64,000 bases of DNA from an uncultured virus (IMG/VR IMGVR_UViG_3300027801_002629) (taxonomy: Duplodnaviria > Heunggongvirae > Uroviricota > Caudoviricetes): the IMG/VR virus record IMGVR_UViG_3300027801_002629; one strand, given 5' to 3'. Every line of letters begins with the position of its first letter. Position 1 is the first letter of the stretch. Below the pieces are notes generated by a model. That model was not told the DNA's origin. It saw only the letters and a program-made list of their open reading frames with translations, and did not search any database. Shown in pieces: positions 35,792 through 45,299 of the stretch. The translations under genes and the position numbers were made by a program.

Positions 35792-36730
35792 TTATTTAAA
35801 CTCACAATCTACCATCATCTCTGTGAGACAGGCGACTAGGTTAATTTCTTGGTCTGCAACAAACGCAGACTTGTACTGATAATCTGCTATAATAAGGATA
35901 GCAGATGGGATTGAAGTATCTTTCAAATGATTACTTATGCCATCATAAATTTTTCGAAAGATTGATGTGGGATCATTATCGACATTTTGAGTTACCCAAT
36001 TACGGACTTCTGAGAAATGTTTAGCTTGTAATGCCTTCATTAAGGCATTTAAATTAATTTCTCCGATTTGAGCAAGAATTCCAGCATCAATAACTCCACC
36101 CGTTGAATATCGCTGAAGTTCATTTAGAACTCTTCGCATATCAGGAAAATGTTTCATAATCAATTCAACAAGAACCCTGTCATCAGATTTAATTTCTAAT
36201 GATTCTAATATTCTCTTTATCTCAACTAAACATTCTTGAGCAAGTTTGGGTTTATCTTTATTCGGAGTTGAAAATTCTATAACAGAGCAACGTGAATGGA
36301 TAGGAGCAATGATCCGATTACGAAAGTTACAAGTAAAAATAAAACTAACATTGGCGCTAAATTTTTCAATGAAACCTCTTAGTGCAGGTTGAACCGAATC
36401 AGCATTCATGTAATCTGCTTCATCGACTATAACAACTTTTCTCCCACCTTGCATGGAAACGGAACTACAATATTGTTGTAAAGTAGTTCTAACAGTATCT
36501 ATATTTCTACCTTCATTGGAACCATTGATCATTAAATAATCAACTCCAATTTCATCACACATAGCACGTGCAACAGTAGTTTTACCTACACCAGGCCCAC
36601 CTGATAAAAGTAGATTAGGAATACGCCCATCATCAACAAAACCTTGACAAGCATCTTTAATATTTTTTGATAGGATACAATCCGATACTTTCTTTGGACG
36701 AAATTTCTCTACCCATAAATATGTTTCCAT
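35792..36730 (-). CDS. 44: Clamp loader ATPase (T4 gp44)
   Basis: LWVEKFRP, GGPGVGKTT, IVDEADY, IHSRC, FPDMRR. Confidence 0.95.
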   Translation of the reverse strand: METYLWVEKFRPKKVSDCILSKNIKDACQGFVDDGRIPNLLLSGGPGVGKTTVARAMCDEIGVDYLMINGSNEGRNIDTVRTTLQQYCSSVSMQGGRKVVIVDEADYMNADSVQPALRGFIEKFSANVSFIFTCNFRNRIIAPIHSRCSVIEFSTPNKDKPKLAQECLVEIKRILESLEIKSDDRVLVELIMKHFPDMRRVLNELQRYSTGGVIDAGILAQIGEINLNALMKALQAKHFSEVRNWVTQNVDNDPTSIFRKIYDGISNHLKDTSIPSAILIIADYQYKSAFVADQEINLVACLTEMMVDCEFK

Positions 36731-36732
36731 TA

Positions 36733-37395
36733 TTAACCAGTATAGCTAGAGTTTTGTTCAGTAGCAATCCAATATTCTAATTTGGAAGTATCATGAATAA
36801 AATGTGCAATACCTTTAGAAGAAATCTCAACCTGATATCCACCACTCAAAAGTTTCATGTTCTCAATTTTGAAAACCATTTTAAATTCTTTATCTGTAGT
36901 ACCAACATCTTTTCGAAATTGGTCAGAAGAATTATTACTTGAATCGACTGCTGTTAAATAGATTTTACCATCAGTACTTGTTACAATCAATTCAGGTAAT
37001 GCCAACACTTGTGCGGCTTTCAGAACTTCATCATAATCTTCTTTTGTCATTTTAAAACTGATTTCCGGAACTGGAAAGTCGAGAGTTTTTTCTGGTGGTA
37101 AGACTAACATAGCGGGATCGCCATAAACATAATCTAATTCACCTGAACCCCTAATTTCTAATTTCGTGTCACCAACATTTATATCGGCATCATGAAAAAG
37201 ACTAAGTGCTCCCAATAATCTATTAAGATCATAGATGGCAAAAGTAGATGGAATTTCTTCACTAATTTCCGCTTTGGTTAGAATATTTTTCTGAGGGGAA
37301 ATCGTTGATAAAATTTTCCCCTGTTTAAATTGTATATTTTGATTTATTGCTGCGTAATTTTTAAGTATATTAATCGTTTCCGCTGTTAGTTTCAT
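36733..37395 (-). CDS. 45: Sliding clamp (T4 gp45)
   Basis: MKLTAETINILKNYAAIN, FAIYDLN, YWIATE; synteny with gp44. Confidence 0.92.
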   Translation of the reverse strand: MKLTAETINILKNYAAINQNIQFKQGKILSTISPQKNILTKAEISEEIPSTFAIYDLNRLLGALSLFHDADINVGDTKLEIRGSGELDYVYGDPAMLVLPPEKTLDFPVPEISFKMTKEDYDEVLKAAQVLALPELIVTSTDGKIYLTAVDSSNNSSDQFRKDVGTTDKEFKMVFKIENMKLLSGGYQVEISSKGIAHFIHDTSKLEYWIATEQNSSYTG

Positions 37396-37433
37396 TATGT
37401 CCTTGTATGTTGATTTATTAAATGTATAGCTTC

Positions 37434-37461
37434 ATTATACCACGTATAGTTGATTTGTCAA
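37434..37461 (-). promoter_or_regulatory. sigma70-type promoter upstream of gp45
   Basis: TTGACA-N16-TATAAT with extended TG. Confidence 0.7.
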
Positions 37462-37483
37462 GTCTTATTTTTTCATTTGTATT

Positions 37484-37705
37484 TTAACACCTCCATTCTT
37501 GTTCAGCATTTTCAGCTGCCTTATGGAGGTCCTTGGCTCTTTGTTTGGAAGCATCTTCGCTCTTAAGGCGTCTTTTTGTAGATGCATCAACAAAATATTT
37601 CCTTTTCTTCAACTCTAAAAATAGTCCCTCATTAATGAGAGTATTCTTAAGTTTTTGAAATGCCCTATTCGGATCTTGTCCTGGGCGGAGTTTAATTGTG
37701 ATCAT
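37484..37705 (-). CDS. rpsU: Ribosomal protein bS21 homolog
   Basis: AFQKLK...EGLFLELKKRKYFVDASTKRR, 73 aa, basic. Confidence 0.7.
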   Translation of the reverse strand: MITIKLRPGQDPNRAFQKLKNTLINEGLFLELKKRKYFVDASTKRRLKSEDASKQRAKDLHKAAENAEQEWRC

Positions 37706-37706
37706 A

Positions 37707-38636
37707 TTATTTTTCTGGTATTGTAAGGTTTACTTTTTTTTCTATATTTTTATTACGTTCTTTTCTAGACGCTTTTTGTGGTCTTGTTGTTTGATCTGCC
37801 CCATGAGAAGCAAAATCTAATTTTCCTAGATCTTTTAATGTCCCGTTAAAGACATGAGTTCCCACGTGATTTACTTCCATCCAAGGACACAACCAAACCG
37901 AAAATCCGATTTTTCTTGCCCACTGACAAAACATATAATCCTCAGACAAATAACGATCTGAACCACTTGCACCTTTTCCTGCATATAATTCATTATCAAT
38001 CACTGTATCAAAGAAGGCATGAATGTATCGCTTACCATCAAAATGTTCTGATCGATTATGATCTGGTTTGTAGGAAAATTGTGGATATTCTTCTCTGAAT
38101 TTTTCAAAGACTTCACGGCGAATAATTACGAATCCAGTACCTACTTCTAATACTTCTGTTGGAGTATCAATTTTAATTTGAGTGGTATCTTTGGTAGGAT
38201 TGAATACAAAATCTCCAGTATATTTTTCTAGATCATTGGGATTTTCATCACCTAATCCAGCATCTACTGCGTTTCGTACTTTTTCCCAAGCAATACATTT
38301 TTTGGGATAGGGTCCACCAATAATTGGGTGGTCTTCATCACAAAGTGTAGCTAGGGCTAATACGTCTTGAGGTTTAAAATTGATGTCCGCGTCTATGAAC
38401 ATCAGGTGGGTGTATGGACTTCGGAGAAATTCGTCTACCAAATAATTCCGTGCCCTTGTAATTAAACTTTCATTAAACAAATAAAAGAACTTTAAATCCA
38501 TTCCATATTTGGTAGCAGTTGTAGCAAGATCACATGATGCTTTAGTATACATTCCTGTACACATTCCACCATACATTGGTGTGCCAACAAATATTTTCTT
38601 TTTTCTCAGCTCATTAATATTCACTTCAATTTTCAT
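37707..38636 (-). CDS. GT-A glycosyltransferase-like protein
   Basis: GTPMYGG, ESLITRARN, FIDADI (DxD), GTGF, YLSEDYMFC. Confidence 0.75.
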   Translation of the reverse strand: MKIEVNINELRKKKIFVGTPMYGGMCTGMYTKASCDLATTATKYGMDLKFFYLFNESLITRARNYLVDEFLRSPYTHLMFIDADINFKPQDVLALATLCDEDHPIIGGPYPKKCIAWEKVRNAVDAGLGDENPNDLEKYTGDFVFNPTKDTTQIKIDTPTEVLEVGTGFVIIRREVFEKFREEYPQFSYKPDHNRSEHFDGKRYIHAFFDTVIDNELYAGKGASGSDRYLSEDYMFCQWARKIGFSVWLCPWMEVNHVGTHVFNGTLKDLGKLDFASHGADQTTRPQKASRKERNKNIEKKVNLTIPEK

Positions 38637-38672
38637 TATTCTCTTATTATAAAATATTATATATTCATGTTA

Positions 38673-38942
38673 TTATGTAAGTACATCACTATTTATCTCC
38701 GTTAAAGAATCCCGCCAGTCGCCCAATTCTTCATTAATGAGAAGAAATGATACTTTTTCTTCACTTGTTGAGACAGATTCAGTAATTTTCAAAATTTCAC
38801 CAGTAGCAATATCCCAAGTATCACAAGCAATATCTACTGGGAGTTCTGGTTTGTCTTCAAAAGCAAAAACTGTACCATCTAAATCCCTCGCAAGATAGTT
38901 AAAGTTATTGGGTATTAGTGTTTCCACATTTATTTTTTTCAT
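38673..38942 (-). CDS. Hypothetical protein
   Basis: YLARDLDG...DWRDSL. Confidence 0.55.
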   Translation of the reverse strand: MKKINVETLIPNNFNYLARDLDGTVFAFEDKPELPVDIACDTWDIATGEILKITESVSTSEEKVSFLLINEELGDWRDSLTEINSDVLT

Positions 38943-38980
38943 AATACTTCTTTATTTTAGGTTAGGTTATAACTTAATTA

Positions 38981-40177
38981 TTACATATATTCTTCGGTTA
39001 CATTATCAATTTCTTCCTTTATCTGATTTGTATCTTCTTCATCAGTAGGAAGTACTGCTTCCGCATCGATCTTGGAATACAAATCCAAGAAAGAAGTTTT
39101 TGTGTCTTCATCAAAACGATTGACACACATTTCTATTGCTTTCATTCTATCACCAAAAATGGCAAATGCATTTGCAATATGAACTAATCTACGAGTTGCA
39201 ATTACCTCATCAATTCCACCATCATAAAAAGTTTTACGAATAGTATTAGCCCAATTGACTAATTTTTCTGCGAAATCAACATCAGGTACTCCAAGAGAAT
39301 CAAAAACTTTGTTCACGATTTTCTTCTCAATCTGAGCTGAAGGATAATTGACTTCCATAGTAATCGGAAATCTTTCCAAAAAGGCTTCGTTCAGAATATT
39401 AGTAAAAACGAAACGTCCATCTTCAGAACCTTTACCCTTAGTATTGGCAGTTGCAACAACTGTAAATCCAGCAGTTGGTTTTACCATTCTGTTTATCTTT
39501 TTCAAATAAACACCTTTACCTTCAAGTATAGGTTGTAGACACATCACTTTGTTGGATGCCAAATCAATCTCATCTAAGAGAAGAACTGCACCACGTTCCA
39601 TTGCGATGACTACAGGGCCATCTTGCCAAACTGTATTACCATCAATCAATGCATAGTGTCCTAACAAATCATCTTCATCAGTTTCAATAGTGATGTTCAC
39701 TCTGATAAATTCTCTCTTGAGTTTTGCACATGCTTGTTCAGTCATGTACGTTTTACCGGTTCCAGATTCACCAGTTTCAAATACTGGATAAAATTTTCTA
39801 GAACTCAAAACTTTAATCAAATCACTAAAATGTCCATGAGGGACAAATAATTCATCTTTTTTCGGAACTAATTCCGCTGGATTAAAATAAGTACTCATAT
39901 CCAAAGTACTTTCTGTACTTTTAGATTCGACAACTTCAGGAACTTTTGTAAGTTCGATTTCTGGTTTCTTTGGTTCTCCCAAAAGAGAAGGTATTTTATA
40001 CATACCTTTTGATACTTTAGTCATGTCACCCATAAGTTTAGGATTAGTCATCCAATATGGAAATCCTGTGCCCGCTTTCTTGGCAACATGAGTCAATTCT
40101 CCTTTCGTGAGAACTGCCGCTTCTCCATGCTCTTTGATGGCGGTTTCTAAAAAGGTTTTTTGTTTCACTGTATACAT
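38981..40177 (-). CDS. MoxR/CobS-like AAA+ ATPase
   Basis: GESGTGKT, LLLDEID, ATANTKG, NEAFLERF, TRRLV. Confidence 0.9.
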   Translation of the reverse strand: MYTVKQKTFLETAIKEHGEAAVLTKGELTHVAKKAGTGFPYWMTNPKLMGDMTKVSKGMYKIPSLLGEPKKPEIELTKVPEVVESKSTESTLDMSTYFNPAELVPKKDELFVPHGHFSDLIKVLSSRKFYPVFETGESGTGKTYMTEQACAKLKREFIRVNITIETDEDDLLGHYALIDGNTVWQDGPVVIAMERGAVLLLDEIDLASNKVMCLQPILEGKGVYLKKINRMVKPTAGFTVVATANTKGKGSEDGRFVFTNILNEAFLERFPITMEVNYPSAQIEKKIVNKVFDSLGVPDVDFAEKLVNWANTIRKTFYDGGIDEVIATRRLVHIANAFAIFGDRMKAIEMCVNRFDEDTKTSFLDLYSKIDAEAVLPTDEEDTNQIKEEIDNVTEEYM

Positions 40178-40230
40178 AATATTTTCTCATTCGGGTTATT
40201 AGTTGGAGAGGGTCAATCCCTATCCTTCAT

Positions 40231-40270
40231 GGACCATTATACCACAGGTAGAGCAGGAAGTCAAGTGTTT
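40231..40270 (-). promoter_or_regulatory. Early promoter, repeated motif copy 1
   Basis: AAACACTTGACTT; TTGACT-N17-TATAAT-GGTCC. Confidence 0.8.
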
Positions 40271-42584
40271 ATGCGGCAATCATGCCAATAAATCGTGACA
40301 ACAATCTACGTTTTTCAAGTTTCCCAGAAGAGAATTTCTTGAATGCTCTAGTCATTTGTGCTACAGTAGCGTCTTCTACTATTGTCAATTCCTCATCTTT
40401 GATTTCTAGATGTTTTCCACCCAAAATCAAGTATTGCTCATTGAACCCTCTCATTTCTGGAGTGATCAAATATTTTTCTTTACGAAACTTTTTAAGTTCA
40501 GTTTCAGCTTCAACATATCTCATCTGTGAATCATTTCCGGAATTAATTTCATCCAAATGATCCATCATTTCCCATTTTCTCATTCTAGGAATTAAGAAAA
40601 AATTGACGATATTGATATCGAAAACTTCTCTAGAAAATTGAACTAAAGCGGTGGTTAGTGTTCTTCGTCTACCACCACGAGTTGTATTGGATGTAACTGA
40701 AATTTGCTTCTTGGATATTGAATCACGTATAATCACATTTTCGCTATCAATATCGAAATGTCCCACAGTCAAATCTGATTTCCAATAATTATTTCTTGTA
40801 TGAGAATCACCATCAGTAAGAAAAATACTATTGATAACATCAACCTGATTCTTTTTTTGAAACTCTCTCATTATAGAAAAAGACACTAACAAAGCTGCAT
40901 TCAGTGGAGTTCCACCTAACTGCATTTTATTTGGAATATTAAAATATGGTGTGCTATCATCTCTGTCATAACCCCATCTTGAAGTAAAACTATGTGCTGT
41001 TGCAATCATGTATATATATGCTTCATGTAATTGCTTTGATTTCATTTTAGAGGAAAACAAATTCATCAAACTAAATCCTGGAACTACAATATCACCAGCA
41101 GTCATCTTACTTGGTTCAAAAATATGGTGTTCACTACTCATCCCGTCACGAGTGTTATTGTTACGATGAAAATTATCAGTAAACGCATAAACTTCAAAAG
41201 GAATATTTACTCTCTTACAAAACATAACTAGAACCATCATTTGTTCAATAGTTCCCTTCATATTTTGACTCATTGAACCAGACCAATCAACCCACATTAA
41301 CAAACCATGATTTTTTCCATCAGGAGTAACTGTCAGCTTCTTGAAAATATGTTCATTATATTTGTAAGTATAAAGTTTTTCAGAAGAAAGAATTCCTGAA
41401 TTAGCAGTTGCTGATCTTGAATATTCTTTTGCTGCTTTCTTCATCTCAAATTCTTTTGCGAGATACTCAACTACTTTTTTATTTTCACTACGAAACGTAT
41501 TAAACAATTTAAGTGCACCTGTTTTTTGTTGTTCGCCTGAATGGGAAGAGTAACGTGACCTCTCAGAATCGAACCACTCTTTTCGATATTCTTCATACAA
41601 TTCAGTATAATCAACAATAATATTTTTCAAATCAATGTTAGTAGGAATATTGAGATACTTGTAAGTTTTTGCTTCGTCCGACACCAGTTCACTTTCATTA
41701 TTTCTAAAGTTCCTATCTGTCATAGATTCAGGTGAATATTGACCGTTCATACCGCCTTCTTCTCCTTCTCCCGCTACATCTGTTTCAGGACTGTTCTCAC
41801 CATTTTCTTCCTCAGATTTTTTTGAATTAGAAAAATCTGTATCATTTTCTTCTTCATCATCATCAGTATCTTCAGAATCATAGTCATTTGACTTTTCGGA
41901 GTCTTCCTCCGACTTTTCCTGATCCTCAGAACCCTCTTCTTCTTCCCAATTTTCATCATCATCATCATCCATCAGGTTATCATATGAATGATCTGACATA
42001 TCGGTATCAGATTCATTTTCTTTTGCATACTCATAAAGATCTGTACTAATTTCAACAACAGTTTTCCATGTCTCCGCTTTGTCAATTCTATCAATAAAAA
42101 CTTGTTCCTCAGTAGAAAAATCAAGTTTTGAACTAAATTTATCTCCAACTTTATACCAGAGATTAATCTTATCAATTAAATTAAGTTCTTCCATATTACA
42201 CCTTGAAAGACCAAAAAAATCACGATCCATCAGGTCATTATAACCTTTAACAAAAGACCTTCGCCCACCAGGAAATTTTACTTTAATTTTTCTTTCGATT
42301 CGTGCATCTTCGACAACATTAAGATAAGATTTAAAACCTTTTCCGTAACCTGCAGCATCGTGAAATCCTTCGGCTGGTGTGAATAATGCATGCCCAACTT
42401 CGTGTAACACAAGTAAATCGTAAAGACTCCCACTCATTTCTTTCCAAATTGGAAGACGGAGTACACGATTCTTTACATCAAATGATGCTGTATTAAATTT
42501 ACCATGTTCAACAGTCAAATTTTCTGAAGCGAGAAGTTTCGCTAGAATTGACTTTGATTCTTTATTGGCTAATTTCATTTCCAT
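40269..42584 (-). CDS. CobT-like zincin + vWA domain protein
   Basis: HEVGH, NVVEDARIE, acidic linker, DWSGSM, GGTPL, LTDG. Confidence 0.85.
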   Translation of the reverse strand: MEMKLANKESKSILAKLLASENLTVEHGKFNTASFDVKNRVLRLPIWKEMSGSLYDLLVLHEVGHALFTPAEGFHDAAGYGKGFKSYLNVVEDARIERKIKVKFPGGRRSFVKGYNDLMDRDFFGLSRCNMEELNLIDKINLWYKVGDKFSSKLDFSTEEQVFIDRIDKAETWKTVVEISTDLYEYAKENESDTDMSDHSYDNLMDDDDDENWEEEEGSEDQEKSEEDSEKSNDYDSEDTDDDEEENDTDFSNSKKSEEENGENSPETDVAGEGEEGGMNGQYSPESMTDRNFRNNESELVSDEAKTYKYLNIPTNIDLKNIIVDYTELYEEYRKEWFDSERSRYSSHSGEQQKTGALKLFNTFRSENKKVVEYLAKEFEMKKAAKEYSRSATANSGILSSEKLYTYKYNEHIFKKLTVTPDGKNHGLLMWVDWSGSMSQNMKGTIEQMMVLVMFCKRVNIPFEVYAFTDNFHRNNNTRDGMSSEHHIFEPSKMTAGDIVVPGFSLMNLFSSKMKSKQLHEAYIYMIATAHSFTSRWGYDRDDSTPYFNIPNKMQLGGTPLNAALLVSFSIMREFQKKNQVDVINSIFLTDGDSHTRNNYWKSDLTVGHFDIDSENVIIRDSISKKQISVTSNTTRGGRRRTLTTALVQFSREVFDINIVNFFLIPRMRKWEMMDHLDEINSGNDSQMRYVEAETELKKFRKEKYLITPEMRGFNEQYLILGGKHLEIKDEELTIVEDATVAQMTRAFKKFSSGKLEKRRLLSRFIGMIAA

Positions 42585-42621
42585 GTTTGTTCTCTAAAAA
42601 GATTTATTTCTCATTTCCTAT

Positions 42622-42661
42622 GGACCATTTTATCACAGGTAGCTCAGGAAGTCAAGTGTTT
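42622..42661 (-). promoter_or_regulatory. Early promoter, repeated motif copy 2
   Basis: AAACACTTGACTTCCTGAGCTACCTGTGATAAAATGGTCC. Confidence 0.75.
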
Positions 42662-42663
42662 AT

Positions 42664-43332
42664 TCAATCTTTTATCATTTCAATAGATTTTGGATATGGT
42701 AATATTGGATATAGCAATTTCTTCAAGAGTTCTTTTTTTCTTCGTTTGTCAGTAACAAAAATAATATACCTAAACTTTTGACTTCGGTCCTTATAATATA
42801 CATTCTCTTCTCCATACATTTCTTTAAGTTTTTCTGTACGATTCTTTGTACCTCTAAATTTATCTTGAATGGATGCCGAATGTAAATGTTCTAATCCCCT
42901 TACTGTAATATCTCGCATAGGTTTTGTTAATCCTATGAAATGCCAATTTGATGATTGATAAACTATACCCAAATGGTTCTGGGTGGAGTCCGCAAAAGAG
43001 ACAACAATTTCTCTATTAAGTTTTTTAAGGGAATTTGAAATAAGAAAACTTTCACCATTTTTAGGTACGGAATCATCTACCCAAAGTCGTGTTAGTTCAT
43101 AAACGTTCTCCGCTTCATCTTTTCCACAAAGACCTTTAAGTAAGGTAGGGGAGGCGGGAACACCATAACAAACTACACCTTTCAAAGTACCACCAAAAAA
43201 TCCACCACGTTCAAATAAACCGAATGCTTGAGAACATGGTGCCGTTCTATGTAAATAATGGTTTTTTATTACAACTGCAATTGCTGCAGTTGTATCAATA
43301 GGATCAACAAAATAATCTTTTTTATTCAACAT
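42664..43332 (-). CDS. Mom-like GNAT DNA-modification protein
   Basis: HYLH, YELTRLWV, NGESFLIS, VSFADSTQNHLGIVYQSSNW. Confidence 0.75.
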   Translation of the reverse strand: MLNKKDYFVDPIDTTAAIAVVIKNHYLHRTAPCSQAFGLFERGGFFGGTLKGVVCYGVPASPTLLKGLCGKDEAENVYELTRLWVDDSVPKNGESFLISNSLKKLNREIVVSFADSTQNHLGIVYQSSNWHFIGLTKPMRDITVRGLEHLHSASIQDKFRGTKNRTEKLKEMYGEENVYYKDRSQKFRYIIFVTDKRRKKELLKKLLYPILPYPKSIEMIKD

Positions 43333-43338
43333 TACTAA

Positions 43339-43533
43339 TTATCGATGACCACTCCAATTCATGTAGGGATCATCGTACATTTCCATTTGATCCAATTCTT
43401 TTCTTCTTCGTCTAATTTCATCACTACGTTCTTCATCAATAGCGCTTATATTTTCCATAGGTTCTTCTGCTACTTTTTTTGCTATACCATCTACCATTCC
43501 ATTACTCCAAAGATAAGTTAATTTATTTTTCAT
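43339..43533 (-). CDS. Hypothetical protein
   Basis: Starts directly after an early promoter. Confidence 0.5.
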   Translation of the reverse strand: MKNKLTYLWSNGMVDGIAKKVAEEPMENISAIDEERSDEIRRRRKELDQMEMYDDPYMNWSGHR

Positions 43534-43539
43534 TGCCTA

Positions 43540-43579
43540 GGACCATTATAACAGGATTTTGTGAAAAAGTCAAGTGTTT
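43540..43579 (-). promoter_or_regulatory. Early promoter, repeated motif copy 3
   Basis: AAACACTTGACTT; TTGACT-N17-TATAAT-GGTCC. Confidence 0.8.
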
Positions 43580-44196
43580 ATTAATTGATAAGTGTAAATA
43601 TGTTTTTCTGGCATCTGTACATATTTTGCAGTTCCATTCTCTAACTCATTTTTGATTTTTTGAGCAAAAGGTTTTATTTTTTTCTTACCAGTCTTATCAA
43701 CATAGTAAGTTCTAATACATTTATCATGATAAAATTTTCCATCATAATCGATGACCTTACCTTTTGCTGTCATTCCAACATGCTTAAAATTGGACGCCTT
43801 ATAAATGGTTCCACCATGTCCATAGAATGTATCAGCATACGACACAACTAATTCAAATGTAGTATTTTGTTTTAGCCATCTTAGTGTTTTACCAATAAAA
43901 TAACTTTCGGTATTTTTGGGGGTGTCATCAATACAACAAAGTCTTTTCAATTCTACCACTTTGCTTTCTGTACTCGCGTATTTTTTCCAAGTACTTGCCA
44001 TTGCGAGGGGACCATAAATCATTGCACCGATTAAATTACTTTCATAAAATAATCCAAAAATTTGTGAAATGGTGAGTCCATTTACATTCTTAGAATAATG
44101 CCATTTTTCAATAAAATCTTTGGTCATTGACAAACTGGTGGGGGCGACAACAAAATCTTTTACATTAGCTGAAGTAAAATCATCTAAAAATAGCAT
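43570..44196 (-). CDS. Mom-like GNAT DNA-modification protein
   Basis: WHYS, VELKRLCC, NTESYFIG, VSYADTFYGHGGTIYKASNF. Confidence 0.75.
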   Translation of the reverse strand: MLFLDDFTSANVKDFVVAPTSLSMTKDFIEKWHYSKNVNGLTISQIFGLFYESNLIGAMIYGPLAMASTWKKYASTESKVVELKRLCCIDDTPKNTESYFIGKTLRWLKQNTTFELVVSYADTFYGHGGTIYKASNFKHVGMTAKGKVIDYDGKFYHDKCIRTYYVDKTGKKKIKPFAQKIKNELENGTAKYVQMPEKHIYTYQLINT

Positions 44197-44199
44197 ATA

Positions 44200-44397
44200 T
44201 TATGTTGTAATTTTATTATTTTCAGTCATACTTTCACTAGAGATAGCTAAAGTGGCAACTGCGGACTCACCACAAAAAGGACAATGGATTTTTTTTACGA
44301 AAGGATTTTTGTCACTGTCTGAATATGCATAACTCCACCAATTTTTGCAGAATCCACAAGTAAAATGATAAATTTTTTCTACTGTATACTCATGCAT
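44200..44397 (-). CDS. Zn-ribbon protein
   Basis: CGFC...CPFC. Confidence 0.6.
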   Translation of the reverse strand: MHEYTVEKIYHFTCGFCKNWWSYAYSDSDKNPFVKKIHCPFCGESAVATLAISSESMTENNKITT

Positions 44398-44411
44398 AAT
44401 TGATATTCTCC

Positions 44412-44606
44412 CTAATGTATTAGGTCTTTTGTATTTGAAGGAAATTTTAGTAATCCTCCAAAATAACTACATCGAAAGCAAAATTGACCTCTACCCTCTA
44501 CATATCCATATCTTTGTTCAATAGGATCATCAAATGAATAATTTGTTCTTGAGCCACAATTGACACATGTAGCATTACTATCATTTTTCTTTTTCATTCT
44601 ACTCAC
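44412..44606 (-). CDS. Zn-ribbon protein
   Basis: CVNC...CFRC. Confidence 0.55.
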   Translation of the reverse strand: MSRMKKKNDSNATCVNCGSRTNYSFDDPIEQRYGYVEGRGQFCFRCSYFGGLLKFPSNTKDLIH

Positions 44607-44611
44607 CTTTA

Positions 44612-44639
44612 ATTATATCATGGAATTATAAATTGTCAA
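44612..44639 (-). promoter_or_regulatory. sigma70-type promoter
   Basis: TTGACA-N16-TATAAT with extended TG. Confidence 0.7.
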
Positions 44640-44654
44640 GTTTACCCTCTACTC

Positions 44655-45293
44655 TTATTTATAATGTGGTTTATTCAAAGAACCTTGAAAATGTACCAAC
44701 TTAATATCTGGATGATATTCTCCACCTAAAAAATACCAATCACCAGGATATATACTGTTTATGTATGCTTCCCATTCTCTACTTGAATCCTTCATCACAC
44801 CTATCCATTCAGTAGGCGCCCATATCAATTCCAATCTTTCTTTTACAGAATCCTCCACAAAATATTGCTCACCATTTATGGGTCCAACGGTAACTCCATT
44901 TTTTATATAATATTTTTGCCAATATGAAGGATCTTTCATAAATTTATCATAGATATATCGACAATCTTTTGGATAGTATTTTAAGAATCCACCTTGTAAA
45001 TTATAGTTAGGATTTGCTGTTTGTTTCCACCAAGCTTGTATTGATAAAAATTGACCTCTCTTTACTGGATAATTTATTAGTTCCATATAATCATGCATTA
45101 GAAGAATATCAATATCAAGTACTACTAATGGTTCATCAATATCCAATGTCATTCCATATAATTTATTCCATTGAGCAAGTATATATGGATTAATTGGTTC
45201 ATGTAGCCAGATTACATCATCCAATTTTGAATTGATATAGTCCTCATATTCTTGACCATATTTTGTTCCTATTCGTACAGCAAAAATTTTCAT
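44655..45293 (-). CDS. GT-A glycosyltransferase-like protein (GTKY..YVN family)
   Basis: GTKYGQEY, WNKL, LDIDIL, GEQYFV, LVHF. Confidence 0.65.
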   Translation of the reverse strand: MKIFAVRIGTKYGQEYEDYINSKLDDVIWLHEPINPYILAQWNKLYGMTLDIDEPLVVLDIDILLMHDYMELINYPVKRGQFLSIQAWWKQTANPNYNLQGGFLKYYPKDCRYIYDKFMKDPSYWQKYYIKNGVTVGPINGEQYFVEDSVKERLELIWAPTEWIGVMKDSSREWEAYINSIYPGDWYFLGGEYHPDIKLVHFQGSLNKPHYK

Positions 45294-45299
45294 AGTTTT

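Noticed and set aside
41774..42175. Alternative-frame minus-strand ORFs rich in Met/Lys/Ile (also 8048-8266, 24882-25208, 46642-47055)
   Set aside because: They are off-frame by-products of acidic, GAT/GAA-rich coding sequence.
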